A stretch of 64,000 nucleotides of DNA, taken from the IMG/VR virus record IMGVR_UViG_3300042368_001013, positions 1-64,000 of that record, one strand, 5' to 3'. This document shows positions 18,659 to 26,276 of the stretch, piece after piece. Every line of letters begins with the position of its first letter. The stretch's first letter is position 1. The notes under the pieces are model-generated. The model did not search any database, was not told where the DNA came from, and saw nothing but the letters and a program-made list of their open reading frames with translations. Position numbers and translations under genes: made by a program. Source of the stretch: a virus.

Positions 18659-20005
18659 TTAGGCGTTCATAGCGTACTGGGTGTCGGTGTCGGGGTTGGA
18701 CAACTTATCCAACTGTGCTTTCAATTCTGCAATCTTCTTCTGCTCTGCGGTCAGAGCGTTGACGGGGTTGCTCACCGGGGCATCCTTCATTCCCTCCGGG
18801 ACAGGGAGGATCGTGGGGTCGATCTTCGTGTAGAGGTTGAAGAACGCCTCCTTCGTGGACGCATCGAACCGCGTCAGCGTCAACTTGATGGCCTTCTCCT
18901 TGTCGCCAAAGATGGCGAACGCCTTGCACACTTCCTCCAAGCGGCGGGTGGTGATGATGTCATCCAGTCCGCCCTCCTTGAAGCCCATGCGGATCGTTTC
19001 CGCCCACTTCGTGAGGTACTGGGCGAACTCCTTGTCCTCCTTGCCGTATGCCTTCATCTTGCGGATGATGATACGCGCTTCGATGGTGCGATCCGCGTAG
19101 TCCTGCTCAAACCAGTAGGAGAAGCGGTCAAGGAACGCCTCGTTCATGCAGCGCGTACCCACAAACCGATCAGACTCACCCTTGCCCTTGGTGTTGGCAG
19201 TCGCCACCACATTGAAGCCCACGGCAGGCTTGATGAACATACCGATCTTCTTGATGTAGATGCCCTTGCCCTCAAGCACGGGCTGAAGGCACATCATGCG
19301 CTCCGTCCCAAGGTCGATCTCGTCAAGGAGGAGGATGGAGCCACGCTGCATGGCCTGAACCACGCCACCGAACACGAACTTCGTTTCGCCGTTGACGAGG
19401 CGGAAGCCACCGATGAGGTCATCCTCGTCCGTTTCGGCGGTGATGTTGACGCGAATGCACTCGCGGCCCGTGGAGGCGCAAATCTGCTCCACCATCGTGG
19501 TCTTGCCGTTGCCGGACATACCCGTGATGTAGACGGGAGCGAACTGCTTGGATGCGAGGATGGTGGAGATGTCATCGTGGTGACCCCACGGAACGAAAGT
19601 CTCGTTCTTGGCGGGGACGAGCGAAACATCGGAGGACGGCATGACGAGGTTGTAGGTGTTGCTGTTCATGTTGCTGATTGTATCACAAGTTTCGGAGGAA
19701 GTCAAGGTTTCGGAAGAAGATTCGGAAATATTTTCTTCCACGTTATCGGACTCTGCGGGAGTGTAGTCAAGGACAACCATTTCCGGGATGATGTACTTGC
19801 CACGACCCGCACGGCGGTTCTTGGGCTGCACCAGCCAAGCCGGGAGGACGCTGTAGCACTGCTCGCCAAGGGCATGGGACTGGGTGAGTGCGGCAAGGCA
19901 CTGCTCACGGGTGTAGACGGCTTCCCCGATGGTCTGCGGATTGCCGTACAAGAATTGAAGGTGGTTGAGGAAGTTACGCTTGCGAATGTCGATGTTGCTG
20001 TTCAT
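18659..20005 (-). CDS. cobS: MoxR/CobS-like AAA+ ATPase with extra N-terminal domain; internal shorter isoform predicted from 19669
   Basis: Walker A GMSGNGKT, Walker B LLLDEID, ATANTKG, EAFLDRF and TTRRL motifs. Confidence 0.88.
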   Translation of the reverse strand: MNSNIDIRKRNFLNHLQFLYGNPQTIGEAVYTREQCLAALTQSHALGEQCYSVLPAWLVQPKNRRAGRGKYIIPEMVVLDYTPAESDNVEENISESSSETLTSSETCDTISNMNSNTYNLVMPSSDVSLVPAKNETFVPWGHHDDISTILASKQFAPVYITGMSGNGKTTMVEQICASTGRECIRVNITAETDEDDLIGGFRLVNGETKFVFGGVVQAMQRGSILLLDEIDLGTERMMCLQPVLEGKGIYIKKIGMFIKPAVGFNVVATANTKGKGESDRFVGTRCMNEAFLDRFSYWFEQDYADRTIEARIIIRKMKAYGKEDKEFAQYLTKWAETIRMGFKEGGLDDIITTRRLEEVCKAFAIFGDKEKAIKLTLTRFDASTKEAFFNLYTKIDPTILPVPEGMKDAPVSNPVNALTAEQKKIAELKAQLDKLSNPDTDTQYAMNA

Positions 20006-20065
20006 GTCACAATCTTACCACACAATCTTCCAAAAGTCAATAGGCTAGAATATATTTTTTTCCAG

Positions 20066-20150
20066 GTCCTATAACTTCCCGTCCACTACTATCATAATAA
20101 TATAAACCATCCTCAGAAATTCGCTTAAAGGGCGAATTTCTGATAGTAGC
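20066..20150. repeat. GTCCTATAAC box plus CTACTATCA palindrome, copy 3
   Basis: CTACTATCA...TCAGAAATTCGC-TTAAAGG-GCGAATTTCTGA-TAGTAG. Confidence 0.85.
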
Positions 20151-20202
20151 TCAAAGAACAACCCCCGCTTGCGCGGGGGTTGTGAGGGACTGACCTAGCA
20201 TA

Positions 20203-20448
20203 TTAGCCGGTCGTGTTGTAGTAGTTCTTCTCCGACTTGCACTCGTTCGCCTTGCAGCACTTCTCAAGGGTCACGATGCGCTGCCACATCTTCTCGTTCT
20301 CGCTGTAGAGATCCTTGACCATTTCGTCTTGATGACGAATGATGTTGTTCAACTTCTCGTTCAGTCGAACGCGGAAGTAGGCGATGGCGAAGTAGGCGGC
20401 ACCTGCGAGGGTGATGACGGTAACGAGCGTGTTGAGATCAATATTCAT
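20203..20448 (-). CDS. Small membrane-anchored coiled-coil protein, probably leaderless
   Basis: N-terminal TM segment; ATG 6 nt below TTGACA-16-TATACT. Confidence 0.7.
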   Translation of the reverse strand: MNIDLNTLVTVITLAGAAYFAIAYFRVRLNEKLNNIIRHQDEMVKDLYSENEKMWQRIVTLEKCCKANECKSEKNYYNTTG

Positions 20449-20498
20449 GTCTTTAGTATACCTCGGGGTTTGGGGTTGTCAAGCAACGAAACAGAAAA

Positions 20499-20574
20499 TA
20501 GAAGGGGCGGGAGTTGCACCCACATATTCACGCTTATAAGGCATGCGCTCTAACTACGATTCAGCCACCCTTCT
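20499..20574 (-). tRNA. tRNA-Ile(TAT) with atypical T-loop
   Basis: Acceptor AGAAGGG/CCCTTCT, anticodon loop CTTATAA, T-arm GGGTGCAACTCC. Confidence 0.8.
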
Positions 20575-20575
20575 G

Positions 20576-20658
20576 TGGTGGAGCCTTCATACGGATGCTC
20601 CGGTGTCCGTGCAACCGTAGGTTGCCTCTATACGGTTATTTTAGTTACCGCCAAACTC
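20576..20658 (-). ncRNA. Candidate tRNA-mimic RNA ending in ACCA
   Basis: GAGTTT/AGGCTC closing stem, three internal hairpins, 3' CCACCA immediately before tRNA-Ile. Confidence 0.5.
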
Positions 20659-20708
20659 ATTAATAATATAACTCATTGAGGTACATTGTACCACCTCTTT
20701 CTTGTTTG

Positions 20709-20855
20709 TCAAGTCTGGGGGAAAGGAATCACGACCTGAAGCATGCAGTCGTTGCACAGTTCGAATGCTTCCCAATCTTCACCATCGGGATAGTCAATGC
20801 GAACCTTGGTCAGTTCTTCCTCAAACTCTTCGTTGCATCCGCAGCAAGTGTTCAT
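20709..20855 (-). CDS. 48-aa CxxC...CxxC zinc-finger-like protein
   Basis: MNTCCGCNEEF...LCNDCM; GAGGA ribosome-binding site upstream. Confidence 0.6.
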   Translation of the reverse strand: MNTCCGCNEEFEEELTKVRIDYPDGEDWEAFELCNDCMLQVVIPFPQT

Positions 20856-20875
20856 GGGTTCCTCTCGTGGTTAGG

Positions 20876-20949
20876 CGTTCCCGGTTGGATTCGAACCAAC
20901 GACCTGCCGCTTAGAAGGCGGCTGCTCTATCCTGCTGGGCTACGGGAAC
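20876..20949 (-). tRNA. tRNA-Arg(TCT)
   Basis: Cloverleaf, anticodon loop CTTCTAA. Confidence 0.95.
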
Positions 20950-20952
20950 AAA

Positions 20953-21042
20953 TGGAAGGGGTACTTACGGCCTTTGCGGAAAGAATATGTTTTTCTTCTA
21001 ACATATTCCGTGACCCGACTATATCCGACTATTCGCCCTTCC
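20953..21042 (-). ncRNA. Candidate structured RNA with tRNA-like acceptor stem
   Basis: GGAAGGG/CCCTTCC-A closing stem and internal GAATATGTT/AACATATTC helix, between tRNA-Leu and tRNA-Arg. Confidence 0.55.
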
Positions 21043-21075
21043 GTGTTGGGTGCCTTGAAGAAGGACACCCGGTAA

Positions 21076-21148
21076 TAGCGCGAGTGGGAGTCGAACCCAC
21101 ACTTTGTTGATTTTGAGTCAACTGTCTCTGCCTTTGGACTACCGCGCC
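21076..21148 (-). tRNA. tRNA-Leu(CAA) lacking the long variable arm
   Basis: Anticodon loop CTCAAAA, 5-nt variable region. Confidence 0.85.
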
Positions 21149-21160
21149 ATGATCCCCATT

Positions 21161-21433
21161 CTAGAACAGATCGGGGGTGTTGTCAAGTTTGAAATCTGAA
21201 TTTATTTTTTCATAAAATTCAGAGTTGTGTGGGACGATCTTCTCATGAAGCCTGCCCACGTTGATGTGTTCGCCTACGTCATCCTTCGCATCGTAGTAGG
21301 CATCTATGAGTTCTTTTGGAGGATTGGAGTTTCCTTCCAACCAGTACTCCATCACCTGCTCCATCACGATTGCGAGTCGGTCGTATGCACGGCATGCGCC
21401 AGTAAGAAGTTCGATTGTTTCTTCGTTTGTCAT
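21161..21433 (-). CDS. Hypothetical protein (start MTNEET)
   Basis: ORF between tRNA-Lys and tRNA-Leu. Confidence 0.65.
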   Translation of the reverse strand: MTNEETIELLTGACRAYDRLAIVMEQVMEYWLEGNSNPPKELIDAYYDAKDDVGEHINVGRLHEKIVPHNSEFYEKINSDFKLDNTPDLF

Positions 21434-21435
21434 AA

Positions 21436-21508
21436 TGGGTCCGGTGGGACTTGAACCCACAACCAATAGATTAAAAGTCTACTGCGCTACCGATTGCGCT
21501 ACGAACCC
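21436..21508 (-). tRNA. tRNA-Lys(TTT)
   Basis: Cloverleaf, anticodon loop CTTTTAA; promoter TTGACA-17-TATAAT at 21545..21517. Confidence 0.95.
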
Positions 21509-21546
21509 GAATGCCCATTATAACCGATGGGCTGCGGCTTGTCAAG

Positions 21547-21903
21547 TCAGGAGTCGAAGTCCTCGTCCGCATCCGGGTCAAACGGGTAGTGTTCCCGCTC
21601 CGTCTGACCTGCGTACTCCTCGTAGGTCATCTCCATGATCTGCGCGAGCATCATCATGAAGGCGGCGAACCCCAAGTGAATCTCGGGCATCCGTCCATCC
21701 GCCTTCTCACCCACCATCCAGTCGGTGACGTACTGGATCCCCTTGGCGACGATCATGCGCTGACCCTCGTGCTTGTAGAAGTTCGGGTGTTCACCTGCGA
21801 ACTGCATCAGGGTCTTGACGACATCCAACGGGTCGGGCTTGAAAGCCCCCATGTCGATGTCCTTGCGGCTGAAGAAACCATCGTACTTGTTCTGCGGTGA
21901 CAT
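21547..21903 (-). CDS. Hypothetical early protein
   Basis: GC3-rich ORF; shares F..EHPN motif with the upstream gene. Confidence 0.7.
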   Translation of the reverse strand: MSPQNKYDGFFSRKDIDMGAFKPDPLDVVKTLMQFAGEHPNFYKHEGQRMIVAKGIQYVTDWMVGEKADGRMPEIHLGFAAFMMMLAQIMEMTYEEYAGQTEREHYPFDPDADEDFDS

Positions 21904-22118
21904 TAGCGAATCTCCTTGAGGGTGGTGTGCAGGGACATGACGAACTCGTACTCCTCATCGGTGACCATATCAGGACCGCTGATCTGCGTCAGGATGAAGT
22001 AGCCTTGAGCGAGGCGGGCAATGTCCTCATCGTGATCTGCCCAGTTGGGGTGTTCGGTGACGAAGTTTGCGATCTCGTTGATGAGGTCGGAGATGTCGGT
22101 GGTGGTGGGCTTTCTCAT
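21903..22118 (-). CDS. Hypothetical early protein, probably leaderless
   Basis: ATG 6 nt below TTGACA-17-TACAAT. Confidence 0.75.
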   Translation of the reverse strand: MRKPTTTDISDLINEIANFVTEHPNWADHDEDIARLAQGYFILTQISGPDMVTDEEYEFVMSLHTTLKEIR

Positions 22119-22432
22119 GTCGGTATTGTAACAGGTTCGGGGTACGGTGTCAAGGTCACGCTGCGAAAATGTTTTACTTGTTTTGCGAGGCGGATGAAGG
22201 TCTGGAACTTCTCATCCGGCATCTCAACCAACAGGTCTAGATTGTAGGTTCCGATGCCGAAAACAAAACTCTGATCTAACGATGTGACGACATGAACATC
22301 GAACATTCCGGTCGGGTCTGACAAGGCCAGGCATTGAAACACGCTCTTGACCATCTTCTGCAATCTGCGCCGATGCCATCCCATGGAATTGGTCAACGGG
22401 GAGTGCATCTCAATGTGGACGGTGGCTTTCAT
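22115..22432 (-). CDS. Hypothetical early protein
   Basis: ATGA overlaps at both ends; the 3' end contains the next promoter. Confidence 0.6.
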   Translation of the reverse strand: MKATVHIEMHSPLTNSMGWHRRRLQKMVKSVFQCLALSDPTGMFDVHVVTSLDQSFVFGIGTYNLDLLVEMPDEKFQTFIRLAKQVKHFRSVTLTPYPEPVTIPT

Positions 22433-22668
22433 TCGAAGTCCCCGTCATCGATGAAGTCGGGAACATCCCGGTCAAGGTCATCGTCACCGTAGCAGTAGTC
22501 ATCGGCCTCGTAGTCGCCCATCATGCGGTCGATCTCATCGGGCGTGTAGCCTTCCTGCTCCAGCATGTCGCGGATCTCGCTGTCGCTCATGCCATCGAGG
22601 TCGCAGTCATCGTAGGGCAGCACAAGTTCGGTGTCGTTGGACGGGTAGTCGTTGGTGTGATCGTTCAT
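22429..22668 (-). CDS. Highly acidic small protein, probably leaderless
   Basis: Asp/Glu-rich; ATG 6 nt below TTGACA-17-TATCAT. Confidence 0.75.
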   Translation of the reverse strand: MNDHTNDYPSNDTELVLPYDDCDLDGMSDSEIRDMLEQEGYTPDEIDRMMGDYEADDYCYGDDDLDRDVPDFIDDGDFE

Positions 22669-22726
22669 GTCCGCATGATACCATATCCAAAGAAGGCTGT
22701 CAAGTCCAAAACAAAATATATTTTCT

Positions 22727-22785
22727 GTCCGATAACGTCCTGTCCGGGCTACTATCAGCGTGGCCCTCCCACGCTGATAGTTGTC
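22727..22785. repeat. GTCCGATAAC box plus CTACTATCAG palindrome, copy 4
   Basis: GCTACTATCAGCGTGG-CCCTC-CCACGCTGATAGTTGTC. Confidence 0.85.
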
Positions 22786-22787
22786 AA

Positions 22788-23084
22788 TTAGTTCATGTTC
22801 AGCATTTTCTCCGTCTTGCGAGAGAATGCTGCGATCCCGTCAATCTTATCCTCACCAATCAGGATCCAGTCCTTCTTGATGATGTCGAAGGCGCAGATGT
22901 ATCCCTCGGCGGTGTGGCGAGTGCCATTAGGGAGATCGCCCCCCAGTTGCTTGATGAACACGGGGTCAGTCGTGATCTCACGCGAGGTTGAGGTGCCGTC
23001 CTTCTTCCTGAACGACACAAAGAGCGTATCGTTGTTGGAGAGGGCGACGCGAAGAATCGTGGACATCGGAAGTTCGGTGGTCAT
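22788..23084 (-). CDS. SH3/WYL-like beta-barrel protein (DUF2693-like)
   Basis: V.F.KKDG..R..T...FD..K.DW pattern. Confidence 0.6.
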   Translation of the reverse strand: MTTELPMSTILRVALSNNDTLFVSFRKKDGTSTSREITTDPVFIKQLGGDLPNGTRHTAEGYICAFDIIKKDWILIGEDKIDGIAAFSRKTEKMLNMN

Positions 23085-23191
23085 GTTCGTATTGTGCCTT
23101 GTGTTCGGGTGAAAGCAAATGGGTGTGCAGATTTATTTCAAACTTCCTCCCGGCCCCACAGTGGGGCCGGGAGGCTACATGCACCACCATG

Positions 23192-23581
23192 TTAGATCGG
23201 AAAGTTGACCTTGCCAAACTCGGCCAAGTGTCGGCGCAGGCACTCCTTCACGATGTCCTGCAGCGGCAGGACGGGGATGCCCGTATCACGGAGGGAGGTC
23301 TCCGATGCCTTGGCGTAGTAGGACACAGATCCGTCACGGACGCTTTCCACGAATTCTTCCCAGTTCAGACCCAGTTCCGTGACGATCATGAGGACGAGGG
23401 TCTTCTCGGCATCCGTGAACCATCCGAACGGCAGGGACACGGTGATCTCGCACAGGGCAAGGGCCGCGTTGACCTCGGCGGGGTTGTCCTTGAACTCCGG
23501 CGTGTTGTTGGCGGTCAGGACGAGGGAAACAACGAGGTCATCAATCTTGGCGAGGCGGACGGGCTTGGTGGTGTTCTTCAT
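23192..23581 (-). CDS. Hypothetical early protein
   Basis: AAGGA ribosome-binding site, GC3-rich; hairpin downstream at 23146-23175. Confidence 0.7.
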   Translation of the reverse strand: MKNTTKPVRLAKIDDLVVSLVLTANNTPEFKDNPAEVNAALALCEITVSLPFGWFTDAEKTLVLMIVTELGLNWEEFVESVRDGSVSYYAKASETSLRDTGIPVLPLQDIVKECLRRHLAEFGKVNFPI

Positions 23582-23599
23582 GGTGGTGTTCCTTGTGGG

Positions 23600-23848
23600 T
23601 TAGGCGTTGAGGCACTTCTTCATGCGTTCGTCTGCTCGGCGGGACATATCCGCATCCAACTCACTCGCCAACTTTGCTTCTTCCTTCATGCGGCGGAGGA
23701 GGTACTGGAGCGCCCGCAGGTCGTGTTCGTTCGTGTTTTCTGCGAGGTTGCCCAAGTACCAAAGCGAGGAGGTGACATAACCGTAGGCGTAGGCGTGGTC
23801 GTGGGTGACGGAGGCGGGGATCTTGACGGTGGTGGTGCTGTTCTTCAT
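23600..23848 (-). CDS. Hypothetical early protein, probably leaderless (MKNSTTT)
   Basis: ATG 6 nt below TTTACT-17-TACAAT. Confidence 0.75.
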   Translation of the reverse strand: MKNSTTTVKIPASVTHDHAYAYGYVTSSLWYLGNLAENTNEHDLRALQYLLRRMKEEAKLASELDADMSRRADERMKKCLNA

Positions 23849-23927
23849 GTCGGTATTGTAACAGGTCGGGGTGCGAAAGTAAAGGGGGACAGAAAGAATA
23901 TTTCGCTTTCTGTCCCCCCACAGGGGT

Positions 23928-24176
23928 TCAGGTGAGCGGGATCCCGTACTTTGCCTCAAGGGCTTCCTTCAGTCCGGCGAGAACCTTCTCGCGGTTGCCC
24001 TTCAGACCGTATTCCTTCTTGGCGAGGGCGTAGCAGGAGACGCCACGGGTGAGGCGCATCGGGGTGCCACGGGCAGCGGTCTTGATTTCGAACTTCAGAC
24101 CGTTGTAGATCATCAGTTCACGGTAGGCGCAGATCTGTGCGGGAGTGTTCAGGACGATGTCGTTGGTGGTGGTCAT
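23928..24176 (-). CDS. Hypothetical early protein, probably leaderless (MTTTND)
   Basis: ATG 6 nt below TTGCAT-17-TACAAT. Confidence 0.75.
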   Translation of the reverse strand: MTTTNDIVLNTPAQICAYRELMIYNGLKFEIKTAARGTPMRLTRGVSCYALAKKEYGLKGNREKVLAGLKEALEAKYGIPLT

Positions 24177-24234
24177 GCGTAGATTGTATCACACCTTGCC
24201 GGAAAATGCAACCACAAAGAAAGAAATATTTGGA

Positions 24235-24300
24235 GTCCCATAACGTCCAGGTCGTCCAGACAACTATCAGCCAGCCCTCGGAGGGCTGGCTGATAGTAGC
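24235..24300. repeat. GTCCCATAAC box plus ACTATCAG palindrome, copy 5
   Basis: GACAACTATCAGCCAGCCCTC-G-GAGGGCTGGCTGATAGTAGC. Confidence 0.85.
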
Positions 24301-24437
24301 TCAGCCCCCTCTAGCCATTTCCCTTTTCCCCTCCCTCCTTGCCTTCCGGGGGTCCCGGCTCTTCTTTCCCCAGGTCTTGGGGCGAAGCCGGATTCCCTCC
24401 CGGAAGGCATCGTGGACGAATTTACCGGGACGGTGGT

Positions 24438-24983
24438 TCATTCGGCCTTCCCCCGAATGATGATCCACAACAGGGCTTGCATCGTGGCCGCGTCCATGTT
24501 GTAGGCCGATGCCACTTCGCGGACGGCGTTAGCAATGATCCGATATTCCGTCTTATTCGGAGCATCCTTGCCAAGTCCTGCGGCACGGCACATCCACACA
24601 TCCACAACCACCGCGTCACGGTCTCCGGCGATGGCACGGGCGAACGCATTCGTCTTGGGGCCACGCAGTCCGTCGAATCCTTCGCGGACGCATCGGTCTG
24701 CAGCCTCCACGTGGGAACGCAGTCCCTTCGGCGTGATACCCTGCGCGTACTCGTGCGCCTTACGCTTATTGTGCGCCCACGTGACGCGGGGCGAGAACGC
24801 GGAGACAACGCTGCACGAAATTTCCATGCTCCAATCGGGGCGAATGAAGCACAGACGACGGGCGAAGTCTCCGGCTTCAACGTACCACGCATCGGCGGAC
24901 GCATGATCGAAGAGGGTAGCGGTGGAGAGGAGGGAACGGAAACGGTTCGAAACGGTGGTGGTGGTGGTGGTGGTGCTGTTCAT
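24438..24983 (-). CDS. Helix-hairpin-helix glycosylase-like phage protein, probably leaderless (MNSTTTTTTT)
   Basis: SAFSP, GPKT.AF, VVVDVWM and QALLW motifs. Confidence 0.65.
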   Translation of the reverse strand: MNSTTTTTTTVSNRFRSLLSTATLFDHASADAWYVEAGDFARRLCFIRPDWSMEISCSVVSAFSPRVTWAHNKRKAHEYAQGITPKGLRSHVEAADRCVREGFDGLRGPKTNAFARAIAGDRDAVVVDVWMCRAAGLGKDAPNKTEYRIIANAVREVASAYNMDAATMQALLWIIIRGKAE

Positions 24984-25051
24984 GCGTACATTGTACCATG
25001 TCATGCCGTCCATGTCAATAGGTGGCGCCGAAATATTATAATATTCATTCC

Positions 25052-25115
25052 GTCCCATAACCATACCGTCCTCGACAACTATCAGCCAGCCCTCCGAGGG
25101 CTGGCTGATAGTAGC
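25052..25115. repeat. GTCCCATAAC box plus ACTATCAG palindrome, copy 6
   Basis: Palindrome identical to copy 5 except for the central base. Confidence 0.85.
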
Positions 25116-25189
25116 CCATATAAACAACCTAGCCCCGAACGAATCGGGGCAGGGACGAATCCTCTTCGGTTTGTACGAGCACCACCTCG

Positions 25190-25387
25190 TTATTTCGGTT
25201 CGGCTCGCTTGAGGATTACGGGCGTGATGTAGGCCATTGCCCACATGAGGCACACGCTCGGGATCATTGCCCAGTCGAAGCGATGGGCCGTCGCCTCCGT
25301 GATAGCGACCGAGGAGATGAGAGTGGCGAGAGCCACGAAGAGGAAGGTGATGACGTGTCGGACGGTGGTGGTGATGGTGGTGTTCAT
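25190..25387 (-). CDS. Small two-TM membrane protein, probably leaderless (MNTTITTT)
   Basis: ATG 6 nt below TTGACT-17-TACAAT. Confidence 0.7.
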   Translation of the reverse strand: MNTTITTTVRHVITFLFVALATLISSVAITEATAHRFDWAMIPSVCLMWAMAYITPVILKRAEPK

Positions 25388-25418
25388 GGGTGTATTGTAC
25401 CAGTTAGTGGTGCGGAAG

Positions 25419-25829
25419 TCAAGCCCCCGGAAACGAAAGAACCTGATACTTTGCGCCGGGCTTACGCTTGGACTGCGCGGCCCCGCTGTCGCGGCTGTCG
25501 ATGTGGTTCGCCGCAGCAAGGAAGCCGTAGGCAATGGCGCGCATCTCTGCGGCGTTGAGGGCCATGCTAACCTTCTCGTCACCGATGCCCAAGATGTTCG
25601 CGGTGGAGGAGCAGACAGCCGATGCGTAGACACGCACGGAGTACGGGCCCACCGGGATGACGAACGCAGCACCACGGTCACCTTCAAAGGTGACGCGGGT
25701 GTAGTTGCTGCGGTTGGCGATCTTGCATTCGCCAATGGTGACATTGCGTTCCGCGGTGCGGAGGAAGTCAGGGGTGCGAGAGGAGGAGTGGACGATAGAA
25801 ACGGCGTTGGAGAAAGTGGTGCAGGTCAT
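25419..25829 (-). CDS. Hypothetical early protein, probably leaderless (MTCTT)
   Basis: ATG 6 nt below TTGACA-17-TACAAT. Confidence 0.7.
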   Translation of the reverse strand: MTCTTFSNAVSIVHSSSRTPDFLRTAERNVTIGECKIANRSNYTRVTFEGDRGAAFVIPVGPYSVRVYASAVCSSTANILGIGDEKVSMALNAAEMRAIAYGFLAAANHIDSRDSGAAQSKRKPGAKYQVLSFPGA

Positions 25830-25935
25830 GCGTAGATTGTACCATGAGCAGGTGCGAATGTCAAGGGGTGGAAGAAAGAAATTTATTTCTTTGATTGGGC
25901 TTGACATGGAAGGCGGAGTATGGTATCATGCGGGC

Positions 25936-26205
25936 ATGTGCAACACCACCACCGACCCGAACGAATTCGAACACTTCCCCTGCGACTGCCACCGCCCGGA
26001 GTTCGCCTACACGGACTCACTGTGCCCGATGTGCGAGGAGCAGCGGGAGCGCGAGCAGGAGGCCAAGCGCGAGGCGCGCAAGCAGCACGATGATGAGTAC
26101 GCAGCAGATAACTCTGCGTTCATCGACGCGGCTAGCCGGATGAGCCCCGAAGACTGGGACGCGGACAACGACTGGCTAGCATCAGCCGGTTGGGGTGAGA
26201 TGTAA
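25936..26205 (+). CDS. Acidic Cys-containing early protein, probably leaderless (MCNTTT)
   Basis: ATG 6 nt below TTGACA-17-TATCAT; C-terminus LASAGWGEM. Confidence 0.75.
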   Translation: MCNTTTDPNEFEHFPCDCHRPEFAYTDSLCPMCEEQREREQEAKREARKQHDDEYAADNSAFIDAASRMSPEDWDADNDWLASAGWGEM

Positions 26206-26276
26206 GCCCCGAAGAAATATTCAAACTTCCAACGCCCACCCTTGACATGGGGTGGGCGTTGTGTTACAATATACGC

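Noticed and set aside
18593-20074. 493-aa plus-strand ORF
   Set aside because: Antisense shadow of the AAA+ ATPase gene
15929-25115. Palindromes as integron attC sites
   Set aside because: No proper RYYYAAC/GTTRRRY ends or extrahelical-base pattern, no integrase in the window, and cassettes carry their own promoters
23099-25835. Long plus-strand ORFs 23099..23935, 24339..25232 and 25245..25835
   Set aside because: Antisense to promoter-supported minus-strand genes; expected in GC-rich DNA
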